Origin: Paraspadella gotoi
Taxonomy: Eukaryota > Animalia > Chaetognatha
Assembly: GCA_051294375.1 (NCBI GenBank)
Contig: CM119266.1
Coordinates: 8,394,606 to 8,458,605 of the forward strand
Reading direction: 5' to 3'
Length of the DNA stretch: 64,000 bases
In this document: piece by piece, positions 1 to 14,268 of the stretch
Layout of the letters: each line of letters opens with the position of its first letter
Position numbering within the stretch: the first letter of the stretch is position 1
Notes under the pieces: generated by a model
What the model was told of the DNA's origin: nothing
Databases searched by the model: none
Seen by the model: the letters and a program-made list of their open reading frames with translations, nothing else
Position numbers and translations under genes: made by a program

Positions 1-94
1 TTTCATCCCCCTCCCTCCCCCCCCCCATTTTTTCCCCTTCACCCCATAGATTTTTCCCTTCCCCCCTTTTCGTCCCTCATCCTCTCCTCTTCAG

Positions 95-1744
<1,650 letters not shown>

Positions 1745-2892
1745 CGGATGGATGGACGGATGGACAAATCAAAGAACGGACGGGAAGATGGGCAAACAAA
1801 AGAAAAAGCAAAAAGAAAAATAGTTTGGAAAAACCACAGAGAGAGAGATAAATCTACGAACGGACAGACAGACGGACAGTCAGACCAAACAAGATGCTGA
1901 GAAGATACTCGAAGAAAGAAGACGTGACGAAAGGAAAAAGTAATTTAAAAAACACGAGGATGGCAGACAGACAGACAGAAAGCCAGTTACGGAGTCAGAC
2001 AGACAGACAGACCAACCAACATTCGAAGGAGAAACTTGAAGAAAGAAAAGTTGGGCGGAAAAAGACTAGAATTTCGTCGCAGAGAATAAAAATATAAAAA
2101 AGGGGAAAAAATGGGAAATTTTATGGAGATTCGCCCCATTAGAAGAAGACAAGAGAAAAACTAAAAAAGAAAAGAAGAAAAAGAAAAGACAAAAAAATAA
2201 AAGGAAAGACGGAGATAAAAAAAGGAAAGGATCAAAGGAGGAACATTTTCGGAAAAAAAAAACGGATGACTCCGATAAAAGGCGGGAGATCGAGAAGTTA
2301 AACTGAAGGGAAAAAAGTGAACTCTGTGTGAAGTGTGAACATTAGGATCGAAATTCGAAATAACGAGCGGATCACTTCGACTCGTGAAAAGTAGACATCG
2401 AGAGAAATTTGGGTGAATTTACATTTGCGAGGTGAAGATTCACTATTCGCTCGTTTAACTGTCATCCTTTGTCACGTGACCACTTTGGGAATTTAATCTT
2501 TGTCTTATATTTCGTTGTCGCTTGATCCGAATTAGAAAATGTGAAACTTTTTTGGACTTTTTATTGTATTAAAATGTAGGTAAAAGTATATCATTTTAAC
2601 TCGATCAGTTTTGTATGAATTATTTTAACTTTGTTCTGTCTTCTTTGTGAAATCTTGATAAACTTAACTAGCTTTCATTCTATTATCAATTATCCTCCAA
2701 AAGTTGCTTTAAATTCGGCGTAATAACAGAGTAATCTCTCTTACTCTGTAAACTCCAGTCAGAGAAAATAACCCTGTAAACTCTTTTTCGTCTCTAGAAA
2801 ACTCACCCTGTAATCTCTTGCCACCCGCGATGACGCAAAACGTCAAGAATCGTGTTTTGTAGCGAACATTTGAATCGAATCGCGCGATCGCT

Positions 2893-2996
<104 letters not shown>

Positions 2997-3045
2997 TCAG
3001 AGAATCTTATACGTAAATTTATTTAATAAATGTTCGATTCGCTGC

Positions 3046-3188
3046 TCAATATTGTTTATACCTATCGCTTAATCACAAAGCTGATACCTGATCCCTTTCT
3101 TGGCAAGCATTCCCTTATAAGGGTTGTAACCCGATCCCGTGGCGCCACTCAAAGATTTATCGCTGAAGCGACCGACGAATCGCGACAT
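3046..3188 (-). CDS. Candidate 38-aa micropeptide gene with a 26-nt intron (MSRFVGRFSDKSLSGATGSGYNPYKGMLAKKGIRYKQY)
   Basis: ATG at 3188; GTATCA...GATAG intron 3087-3062; TGA at 3048-3046; ATTAAA/AATAAA about 20-30 nt downstream; two more GTAAGCT...AG micro-introns upstream (3242-3210, 3332-3309). No homolog recognised. Confidence 0.35.
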
Positions 3189-3894
3189 CTTGCGATCGGA
3201 GACGTAAAACTATGAGTGGAAATAAATGAGCATCGAGCTTACGGTGAAAAAAAAAGTATGAGAACTGAAGAGGAAGAAGTCGAATAAATTAACGGATGTC
3301 AGTACAAGCTGTTAATACAAGCTCAAGCTTACCTTCGGTGAGTGCGGTCAGTGACGTTTCGATCGCATTGAAGACGAGAAGGAACGAGGAAGACGACGAT
3401 GACTGTTATGATGACAAAGACGAATGACTAAGTTGATGAAGATGATGACAAACAATAATGACAAAGACGACGACGATGATGATTTTGATTTAAATTCGTC
3501 AAAATCTTTTTCTTTTTTTCTTTTTTTTACGTCGAATCCTAAAAACTAAGACACTGAAAGAAAAAAAATTATAACGGTGTGCTCAGATTGAAATATGAGA
3601 AAAAGAGTAGAGAATAGAAATTTGAGTAAAAAATAGATAAAAAAAAAATCAACCGACAATGATTTATATAATTATGCCAAAAACACGGATTAAAAAGGAT
3701 TAATGATAAATTTATAATTTTTTTTTGTTTGTTTAGATCGTCGAGAAAAACATTTTTCGGAGAAATAATAATCCAAATTTATTGTAATCGAATTTTTGAG
3801 TTAAAAATCAAAAGAGCAATCGCGTTGTCTCTTCGCCGCTGCTGTTGCTGCAGCTGGTGATGCTGACGCTGCTCCCCCTCCTCCTGCTTCTGCT

Positions 3895-4157
3895 CTAATC
3901 GCCGCCGCTGCCGCCGCCGCTGCCGCCGCCGCTGCCGCCGCCGCTTTTCCTTGACGCCGTCGGCGACGCCCGCGATTTTGGGGGCGACTTCATCGGGGCG
4001 GCGCCGGTGACGCCGCCATCGGCGTCGCTCTTTGAAGCGGCGCTCTTCTTATCGGCGTTCTTTGATGGCGATGATGGAGATTTTCTTTCCTTGAGATAGA
4101 AATTAGAAACAGTCATTATCATCACTAAATTAGAATCGTCACCAGGATCATTATCGT

Positions 4158-4196
<39 letters not shown>

Positions 4197-7100
4197 TATT
4201 ATCATCACACCGGCGTCATTTTCCCCTCCTCTTTCCTCGACGCCCCCGACACCGGTTTGCTCGATTTCGGGGTCGCGTCCGTCGAATTCAAAGTCGGCGT
4301 TCTTTTTTTCGGCGTCGGCGTCGGCGTCGTTTGTCTCAGCGGCGACGGCGTCGGACGCGCGACGCCGGATCGATGAGTGGGCGTGGCCTTTTTCGGCGTC
4401 GTAGTCGTCGGCGTCGGGATTGACGGTGCTTTGGGCGTCGTCGGTCGAGATGTGGGAGTTCTGTGTAGAATGTTTACTCGGAGTTTTCTTTTCTTTTTTC
4501 TTCTCTTTTTCTTTTTCCTTTTCTTTTCTTTTTTTTCTCTTTTTTCTTCTCTTTTTCTTTTACCTTTTCTTTTTTTTTCTTCTCTTTTTCTTTTTTCTTT
4601 TCTTTTTCTTTTTTATTTTTCGTTTTTATTCTCATTTTCTCTCATTACGTCTTTTCCTTTATTTTCCTTTGTTCCTTTTTTTGTTGCATTGATCTTTTGT
4701 TTTATTCTTTCGCTTTCTTTCCTTGTCTTATATTTCTTTCTTTCATCCATCTATTTTCCTTTTCATATACCTTTTACTCTTTTATTTCTCTCCCCCCCCG
4801 CCTCCCTCTTTTTCTTAAATCCCCTCACCTTATCCCCTCTCCATCCCCTCCTCCCTTCCTCCCCCGCCTCCCTCCTTTTCTTAAATCCCCTCACCTTATC
4901 CCCTCTCCATCCCCTCCTCCCTTCTCCCCCCCACCTCCCTCTTTTTCTTAAATCCCCTCACCTTATCCCCTCTCCATCCCCTCCTCCCTTCTCCTCCTCC
5001 CTCTCTCCCTCGGCCGCGCCAATCCCCGGCGTCGCCGATCTCCCCGGCGTCGAACTTCGAACCGGCGTGGAAATTCTGGCCGGCGTCGTGGGTCTCATGA
5101 TTATCGTCGTCGAGGAATAAAGTTCTCTACTCTCATCCACCTCCTCCTCCTCTTCCTCCCCCTCTTCCTCCACCTCCAACTCTTCCTCTTCCTCCTTCCT
5201 ATACTCGGCCAACAACTCCTCTCCGTCCGACTCTCCCTCCATCGCCCTCAACGCGTCCTCCTTCTCGATGTCTTCCTCCAACTCTTCCGGATCCTCCTCC
5301 TCCTCTTCATCTTCCTCCCTATCGTCCTCTTCCTCGTCTTCGTCCAAGGGTCGATCGTCTTCTCGTCGGAGGCGGTCGAGGAGAAACTCCAGTTGCTTCT
5401 TGGTCTCCGCGTCGTCTTTGGGGGATTTTGGGGGGATTTGGGTTTAAGATTTGAATGGATTTGGTTTGGGGTGAGGATTTGAATGGATTTATTCGGGATT
5501 TGTATGGATTTGGTTTTCGGATTTAGGTTTCGGATTTGTATGGATTTGGTTTAGGATTTGGTTTTGGTTTTATAAAGATTTGGTTTGAATCTGGCCTTGG
5601 ATTTGTATCAATTTAGTTCGAGATTTGAGATTTGGGCTTGGGATTTGTATGGATTTGGTTGGGGATTTGGTTTAGGATTTGGGCTTGGGATTTGTATGGA
5701 TTTGGTTGGGGATTTTGCGAGATTTCGTAGTAGATTTGGTAAGGATTTGAAATGTTTTAATTTTGAATTTGATACACATTGAGGTAAAATAATTATATTT
5801 TGGTTAGATTTGATCAAAGTTATTATTTCATTTCACTACAATTTGATCATAGTTGGCTAAGTATGGAAGGATTAAATTTTAGTTGTGTTCTTTCACATTC
5901 GATTTTATTTATTTTTTATTTTGTTCAATCAATCCTTCGATGTCAACCCTAACATCAAACTCAAAACTCACCGATGTTTGATTCGAGCAATTTGTCCATT
6001 CTCATGAGTCGCGCTTCCACTCTGACTTTCGGCAGAGAGAGGAGAGAGTAAAGAGTTCCGCTCACGTAAGGTCGAGTCATTTCGTCGTTGTCAACAAAGA
6101 TGGCGCCTGACAGTAAAAAAAGATGCCGATTGATAGAAGGGCATCGATGTCAGATCTCTGCTTTTTCACTGTTATCGAGCCGCTTCGCCACACGGGGTTA
6201 TACAATATACATGTTGGTTTCGTCCCCGTAAATTACGTAATCCCGAACCTTTATTTTAATTTTTCTCAAGAACGGATGAATTTTTTTTTTATACTTTTAA
6301 TACTAAAAACAGTATTAACATAATTATAAACAGTAACAGAGTAAAAGACTGGAAAACAAATAAAAACTAAACTACGTATTGAATTTCAATAAAAAGGAAT
6401 CATTAATAAATGTTATGAACTATAAAAAATAACATTTAAGAACGTTCAAGGATCAAATGTCAAAACGGAAGAACGGAAGAATGAGTTTTTTTTTTTTTTT
6501 TTTTTTTAATAATACAAAAACAGTATTGACAAAATCAAAAACAGTATCAGTGTATAAACCTAGAAAACAGTAAGCAAGTAAAAACTAAACTATTAAAATT
6601 CAACAGAAACAAACACTAACAGACACTAACGTTTAAATGGACTCATAAATAAAATAAAATGTTATGAACTAATTCATAAGAAACTATCAAATATAACGTT
6701 CAAGAACGTTCTAAATTCATATTTTTAAACCAAAAAACATCAAGTATAAAAAGGAAGCAACATTATTATTTTTATATCAAAAGTAAAAACTAATTTATTA
6801 AAATTCAACAAAAACAAAAGACACTACCGTTTAAATGGACTCATGAATAAAATATTATGAACTAATTCATATGAAACTATAAAATACAAGTTCAAGAACG
6901 TTTAAAATTTAAATTTTATATATATATTTTTTTATATATATATTTTTTTTAGCAACGTTTAAAAACGTTAACGATAAAAGTGTCTAGATTTGAAATGATA
7001 AAAATCTTTAAAAACATTAAAAACAAAACATTATAAAAAAGGTAAAGAAAACAAAAACATTAGAAAAACGTTAAAAGTGTAAAAACAAAACGTTTTAAAA

Positions 7101-7926
7101 CATTATAAGTGTATAATGCACAAAAAGTGTAAAATATATGCCCAAAAATAATGTATAATGTATAATGTATAATGTAATAATAAAATAATGTATGAGTATA
7201 ATTTGTTAGAGTAAAGGGCAGAGGACCACGGCTCTAATAATTAATAATAGAAATAAAAAACTACCGTCACTACCGTTAAATTTAACTCATACAGCCGGTA
7301 CATGGCACAAGTAAATCAATTTCAAATTTATGACAGTCGGCGCCTTAAAAAAAGGTTCCCTGATTTTAGAAACGATGTCTTTCAACTAAAAAGAATTATT
7401 TTGATTTAAACCAAAGATGCATCACAATTCTCTTTTAGTAAAACCAAACGGTGTAGGAGAATAAATTGTAATAAAATGAAAAAAATTATCATTAATGAAA
7501 ACACGACAATATGCAAATGAGTTTAATGAACACAAACTCAAATAAAACGATGACCATAACCCTATCTTAACCCCTCACCCTTCCCTCCTAACCCTTCCCC
7601 CCTCCCCCTTACCCAGCATTGTCAATAGCCTCGTGACATCCCCAGCGTCGGCGCATCTTTTCTTCCCCTCTTTCCTCAAGCAGAGATTCATGAGTAGCGC
7701 CATCGAGTATTCGAGTCCGTAGTCGCTCATCTCCCCGACTCGATCGCAGAGACCGTCGACGAGCCACTCGACAACACCCGCGCGAATCATCCGCGTCTGG
7801 AGGCGGCGGAGGAGGCTGAGCTTTTGAAGGGTGGCGAGAAGGTGGTCGGCGGCGATCGGGTCGAGGGTGGTCGACTCGCTGGAGTTTGAAGGAAGGAATA
7901 AGGAGAAGGGGCTCGATTTGTCAATT

Positions 7927-7999
<73 letters not shown>

Positions 8000-10960
8000 T
8001 ATCCCTCAGCCCCGCCACCAGCGTCTCTACCACGCCCCCTTTCTCCGCCGCCAAGTAGCGCCGCCCGACGTCGTAACTGGCGACGGCGTTGACGAATCGC
8101 GCCGCCGTTTGACGTAGAGGCGCCGAAGACGATAAGAGAACGCCGCGAGAGGTGGCGGCGCCCATTCCCGGCGTCCCGGTGCCGTCACGCAACGCCAGGA
8201 CGTCGCCGGCGATCTTGGGGAAAACAACAACAACAACACTGTGCCGACGACGACAACAAAAACAAAGACAACGAAAAGTAAAAACCACAAAAACAACACC
8301 AGCAATCACGTTAAGAACAACAACGACCACATTAACCATAACAACAACAAACAACCACAACAACAACCAAATTAATAACAATAACAACAAAAATAACTAT
8401 AACAACCACACGAAACTACAACTAAAACACAAAGGAAAGAATTAACAACAGTAACAACAGAACAATATCAACTATTTCTCACCATCTCTCCGAGTCGCTC
8501 GGCGCGATCTACGGCGCCGTCGACGCCCGACGGTTTCGTCAAGCGCCACCGCAGCGCCTGCAGCAGCAGAGCCGCGGCACGAGGGTCAGTAGGCGGGAGG
8601 GTTGACAGCGCCTGATGGTGGAAGAATGAGGAAGCTCGATAGGGAGAATGACAGACGAACAAGCACACGGACAGACATAGTGACAGACAAGCGGACATAA
8701 TGAATAACTGACAGGAAGGGAGAGGCAGACGAAGGGACCAAACTGACAAGAGACGCGGAGAAGGTTAACAAAAGTCAGACAGAGAGACAGACGGTAGGAA
8801 AACAGACAGACGGATAGACAGATTTGATGAGAGAGAGAGACGGACGTACGGACTCACTCGAGCGATTTTGGAAAAGTCGACGACGAAGACGAAACCATCG
8901 TCGAGGATCTCTTCGGGGAGGGAGGGTTCCACGACGGAGGCTCTGATCATCTGGGGTTAATGAATGATGGGGTGAATGAATGAATTGATGAATGAAGGAA
9001 TGAATGAATGGAGTGATGAATGAATGAATGAATGAATGAATGAATGAATGGATGGATGAATAGAGGGATGAATTAATGAAGGGATGAATGAATGATAAAT
9101 TACATGATTGATTGAATGATGGAGGAAGGAATAAATTAAATAAAAAAATAAATATATATATATATATATATATACTTAGTAAATAAATGTTCGATCGAAT
9201 GAACGAATAAATGATCGAAGAATTAAATGAACTTATGAATGAATAAATTATTTAAAGATATGATATGAATTAATCGATCAATGATGACAATAAATGATAA
9301 ATTAATAAGAAGAAATATAGAATAATGAAAGAATGAAATAAAATTAATGATACGAATGAGTGAGTGAATCAATGATTGAAAATATGAATGAATGAAAAAA
9401 TGAATGAATGAATGAATGAACGAATGAATATTAAAACAAAAAATCAATCAATGTCCTCTCCCACCTATGTCCTCCACTTAGCCCGTTGAAAACTTCAACC
9501 CCAAAGAGCCCGCTCCCCTCTCACCTTAGCCCCCCCCTCCTCTGCCCGACCCCACCATCACCTCTGCCCGCGTGCCCGGCCTGGAGAAGTCCTTCTCCTC
9601 CTCGACGGGAATCCTCTGCGTCTCGAAGAGTCGACGACAGACTCGATCGAGGAAGTCGGCGTCGACGCCTCCGCCCGAGAGGCTCGACTCAAGGGCGTCC
9701 ACGAGGTCGGCCGCGATTCCGAGGAGATCCTGTCCACCGGGGGAGAGATAGGTATCGGGATAGTTATCGAGAAATGAATATAACAGATCATACCTGTGTG
9801 CTTTGTCCTGTTAAACCTAACACATTTCTCGGTTATCAACTTTCTTATCAAATTTTAACAGCGTCACGCTCAACTTCTCCCCGAGTCTTACAACCACTTC
9901 AGACTGAACTCCAAATATTCCACCCGTATTATCGTCAGATCCATTATTTTTTTATTAATACTAATAACAGCATTGACAAAATAAGAAACAGCTCCATTTT
10001 AAGCCAATGAGTAAAAAAACCAATAAATATATATAATTATAAATTTCGCGATTCAAATAAAATTTAAATAGTCAACAAACCCAGAGGCAAATTCCTGGTA
10101 GCAAGTCAATATAATGTTAATATAATGTTAATGTTAATGTTAATATAATATGTTAATATAATGTTAATAAAATAAGCAATCGTTAAGGTTTTTACAGATT
10201 TTCAGAATTCATCAGCCCATGTAAGTCTTTTCACTAATATATGCAAATGAAATTAAAGACACCAAATATTTTTTTTATTTTTTAATCCTATTAGAATCTC
10301 GAATAGTCAATATGAGACCCAATTTAAATATGCAAATGAGTTTAAAGACACCTGATAATCCTTGGTCACAGTCTTTAAGTCTTCCACGACTCCGTTCAAT
10401 TTGGATTCCGACTCTTTTAGTCTTCGAGTCAAATCTTCTTCCTTCATCGATTTCTCGTCGCCGCCGCCGCCGCCGCTGAACCAAAAATTAAAACAATAAA
10501 ACAAAACAAAATAACAAAATAATAATACATATGGAGGCGGGTTTTTTTTTCGTGTCAGTTTTCGAGGATCTCCTGGTAGCTATACTACCAAATCCTTTAC
10601 CCGTACAACTGATAAAGCGTCGGTTTGGTCGCCTTCGGTTTGAAAGTCTTGACCAAGAATCTGTCCATCCTTTTGAGCAAATCGCTCAACCAGGATTCCG
10701 TGCAAATCTCTTTGTAGGATGGATGTGACTTCGGATCGGGAATGAAGGGCAAAGCGTAGAAGGGAAGGAATTCTTGGGTTTGACTCAACTCGGTTCCTGG
10801 GATTAGATTAGATTAGATTAGAGGTAGGGTAAAACAATAAATACAAATCTATCTACAATACTGTCACGCTCTTAAATTCGCATTATTATTTTTTCGTAAC
10901 TGAATAATTCGTCAGTGAAACAGTCAACCAGTCAGCCAGTAAATCATTGGGTCAATCGAT

Positions 10961-10993
<33 letters not shown>

Positions 10994-11332
10994 TTGATAA
11001 TAATAATAATAATCAAATTGTCTAATAAAAGATAAGAAATGATTCCATCAACCGATCTGCCAACCTATCCATCAATCAGTCAATCGAATAACATCAAATC
11101 CATCAATCAATTAATTAAATTGAATTAAATTAAATTGTTTACCTTTCGACTCCAAGAACCGCCTGAACGAATCCATGGCGTCCTTTGGTGAGTCTCTCTC
11201 CGCCTCAGGGACGTCGCCTCTCGCCACAGGAAAAATGGCGAAGAAAACGCGAGCGAAAAATTCGATCTTTTGAGCCTCGGACGGAGTAGGTGGGGGAGAG
11301 GGTGGCTGGGGGGAGTGGGGAAGGGAGGGAGG

Positions 11333-11390
<58 letters not shown>

Positions 11391-11395
11391 GAGAG

Positions 11396-11427
<32 letters not shown>

Positions 11428-12391
11428 ATGGAAACAGGAGGGACAAAAGAAATAAAAATACACAGATGATGGGCATGACAAAAAAAGACAAATAAAAAGA
11501 CAAAAATATGAGAAAAATATGATGCGATAATCCTTTCGTTTTCGTTTGTTCAAAAAAAATCGTTGGTAACAATTTCCAAAACACTTTGCTTTCTCTAATG
11601 AGAAAAATATGAGAAAAGCACCAGACAGACAGATCCACGGATAAAAAAATTTAAAAAAGAACAAAAAGACAAATGAACAGTTTAAAGATATGAGGGGGGT
11701 GAAAAGATTATCCAAGATAGACTGACAGACAGAGAGATAGACAGACCGACGTAAACTCACCTTCCTTATTCCCTATGACGTTCTCCTCCCACAATTTCTT
11801 AAACTCTCTCTCTTTTCCCGACTTCAAACTCTCGGCCAAATCTCGACGCAGCGGAGAGCGGCGTCGTTCGTCGGGACGGGAAGCTGCGGCGGGCGGCTGT
11901 GGCGGAGGCGGAGAAAGATGAACAAGCAATGGAATAATATAGCGAAGCTATGATACTGAGAAGCTAATAATAGTTATTTAATTAAAGGGTTTATGAAAAT
12001 ATTATTAATCAGTAATTCAAGCGGTCAATCAATCAACAAAGCCATATTTTTTTCTATCATTTAAAAATATTATAAAGCAATTCAATATTCAATATTAAAT
12101 ATTAAAGTAATTCAATATTCAATATTAAATCAATGCAGCATTAAAATCTTTAAATCAAGCTATAAATCAATCAAGGGCAGAACTTGAGAAATAAATAAGT
12201 ATATAAATAAAGCAATCAATCACTTATTTAACCAATCAATCAATCACCTTTTTCGGTCCCACCCTCTTTCCGATTTCTCTGCATTCCACGTCCAAAGTCC
12301 TGGACGTTTTTTTGAGTCCAACGAAATCCAGAAAATCTTTGACGATTCGCATCAACGTGGGTTCCACATCCGCCTCCGCCGGGTCCGCCAT
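3895..12391 (-). CDS. ARMC9: LisH domain-containing armadillo repeat protein ARMC9 (ciliary), 14 exons
   Basis: Exons (minus): 12391-12248, 11896-11761, ~11306-11143, 10796-10601, 10475-10352, 9729-9562, 8950-8858, 8611-8483, 8213-7999, 7878-7613, 6106-5972, 5415-4962, 4460-4211, 4089-3895. Diagnostic motifs: N-terminal LisH (LMRIVKDFLDFVGLKKTSRTLDVEC), LSQTQEFLPFYALPFIPDPKSHPSY, DFSRPGT, LLLQALRWRLT, LQKLSL, SDYGLEYSMALLMNLCLR, PYVSGTLYSLLS, acidic tract, RPTTP. All junctions are phase-compatible except exon 2/3 (probable 1-nt sequencing indel). Confidence 0.95.
4795..4995 (-). repeat. 3 x ~67-bp tandem repeat duplicating an ARMC9 exon end plus GTGAGG donor
   Basis: Unit ctccctc(t)ttttcttaaatcccctcaccttatcccctctccatcccctcctcccttc repeated three times; the most 5' copy on the minus strand supplies the donor at 4961. 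Confidence 0.9.
5420..5770. repeat. Degenerate GGATTTG/GGTTT simple repeat in ARMC9 intron
   Basis: Many ggatttg(g/t) units directly visible. Confidence 0.8.
6300..6905. repeat. Three degenerate ~200-bp AT-rich tandem units in ARMC9 intron
   Basis: Recurring aaaactaa..tattaaaattcaac..gacacta.cgtttaaatggactcat..ttatgaactaattcata..caagaacgtt near 6360, 6580 and 6785. Confidence 0.7.
8960..9430. repeat. (TGAA)n-rich microsatellite intron region
   Basis: Runs of tgaatgaa visible; a similar (TTCA)n run is at 428-475. Confidence 0.8.
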
Positions 12392-12881
12392 CTTGTTTTA
12401 GTTCGTTGTTGTTGTTGTTGCTGTTGTTACAGTCGCAAAAAAAAAACTTTGTTGTTTCTGATGGTTTACGCCATTGCAACCTTTGAACCTTTTATTCGAG
12501 TCAGGCTTTTTCTTATCGTAGTTTTAATCGAAATTGTAATTCTGAGAAAAGAGAAAGTTTTTATAATTGTTTATATAGATTCAAATCTTTTTTCCCTTTC
12601 AGTCCCGTCCAGGGATTACGGTGTTCGTGTTTTTTATTCCTTCCGTCTTCTCGGGGAAAAAATCCCTAAGCGAAAAATTTATCTGATTTTAAGAAACATG
12701 AATTATACATCATTGTAACTTGTTAAAGCTAAATATACTTTACAGAAGCAAAATTTACAAAGTGCTTATTAGCAATGAGAGGTTTCAAAACTCACTATTT
12801 TAATTGTAAAAGTACCATAAAATAGCTGTGCCGTGACAAAGTTGTAATTGAAGAAAAAAAATTTTTAATCCCGGTTTGACT

Positions 12882-12895
12882 GTTTCCATGGAAAC
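12882..12895. promoter_or_regulatory. RFX X-box (perfect palindrome GTTTCCATGGAAAC)
   Basis: Exact match to the RFX consensus GTNRCC-AT-GGNAAC, about 490 bp upstream of the ATG of the ciliary gene ARMC9. Confidence 0.8.
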
Positions 12896-12946
12896 GAAAG
12901 ACATGTGAAAGTGTCCTCTAGTAATTGTATCAAAAAAAATCGTGAG

Positions 12947-13193
12947 CCAATCATACTCCTTATATTAAGTGGGTTCGACCAATCAGAAGTCGCTGAAGAA
13001 AGCAAAGAAAGCAACTCTGCTTTGAACTAACAAACAACCAATGAGAATTTCCGATCCGAAAAAATCGAACTAATCAGAGTGTAGAGAAATATAAATACCG
13101 ACCGATCAAGTTACGGGAAAAAATTAGCCAATGAAATCATCGAAGAACAAACGATTCCACCAATCATAATCGAAGATGCAAGACGGATCCGAT
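12947..13193 (+). promoter_or_regulatory. Phased CCAAT (NF-Y) box array
   Basis: CCAAT at 12947, 12979, 13038, 13128, 13160 and variants CTAAT 13070, CCGAT 13102 and 13189; repeated 32-bp spacing; CHR-like TTTGAA at 13021. Confidence 0.65.
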
Positions 13194-14187
13194 CATGTTA
13201 TCTTCAGTTGAAACCGAAATCTATTTATAACCTGAGAAATTCTTGCGTCACAAGTTGTTTTTTTCTTAATTTTAAATCTTAACCGAAATTTGAAAAGACG
13301 AAATTGATAAACCAGTATTTTTTCGGCCTTTGAAAGCCTTCACTGTAAAAAAAAGCGGCTTAAAAATGCATTTATTAGAATAAATTAATATCAACAACGA
13401 TTTCGTTCTCCCTGTTGCTGTTCTAAAAATTATTTTTTCCATCCGATCTTTTTTTAATCATCGACAATAAATTTTATTATTATAATATATATATTTATAT
13501 ATATTAATAACGAGAAAATAACGAGAAAATTAAAAACTAATGTAGATTTCGTGTTATCAATGTTTCGAACTTTTGACAATCAACCTCGTTTAAAGTTCGT
13601 TGCTCTTTTGATCTTTGTTTCGTCTTCTTTTGCCATTTCGTTCATCTAAGTGCAGTCGAACTTTGAAATCGACTTAGCTATTTTTTTTCTTTGTCCTTTT
13701 ACTCTCAAAATTCAAGTTTTCCTTGTTGTCCTGTTTTTTGTTATTTCTTGTCCCGACTTGTCCTATCCCTTTTGAGTCATTTCGCGACGAGACGGGCAGA
13801 ACCCAGACTCAAGAACAACAAAAGCAATTTTAACCTTTGACGTTAAATTCGGGCTTTCCTCTCTTCCAAAAGGTTCTTGCGTCGAGAAGGATTCAATAAT
13901 TGTCCGTTTGCTTTTCTTCCGACAATTATGTTTTAAGGTAAATTAAGATTTACCTTCTATTTTACATTGTACGTAAAATTTTTTAAAAAATTGAAATCTT
14001 TCGGACTTGGGACTTTTTCGACCGAGAGTCAGTTTTGGTCCTTATACGCGAAACCGCGAATCGGAAGTCTCTCTCTCTCTCACTCTCTCTCTCTCTCTCA
14101 CAGTCCAGCCCCGATCGTTCTCTTCGGTCATTCACACTTTTACCCTGAACGAATTTTCACCGCTGACTTATCGCCATCTGCCCCTCG

Positions 14188-14268
<81 letters not shown>

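Noticed and set aside
2362-2390. gcggatcacttcgactcgtg resembles the 5' end of 5.8S rRNA
   Set aside because: Similarity is limited to about 20 nt, with no downstream 5.8S motifs.
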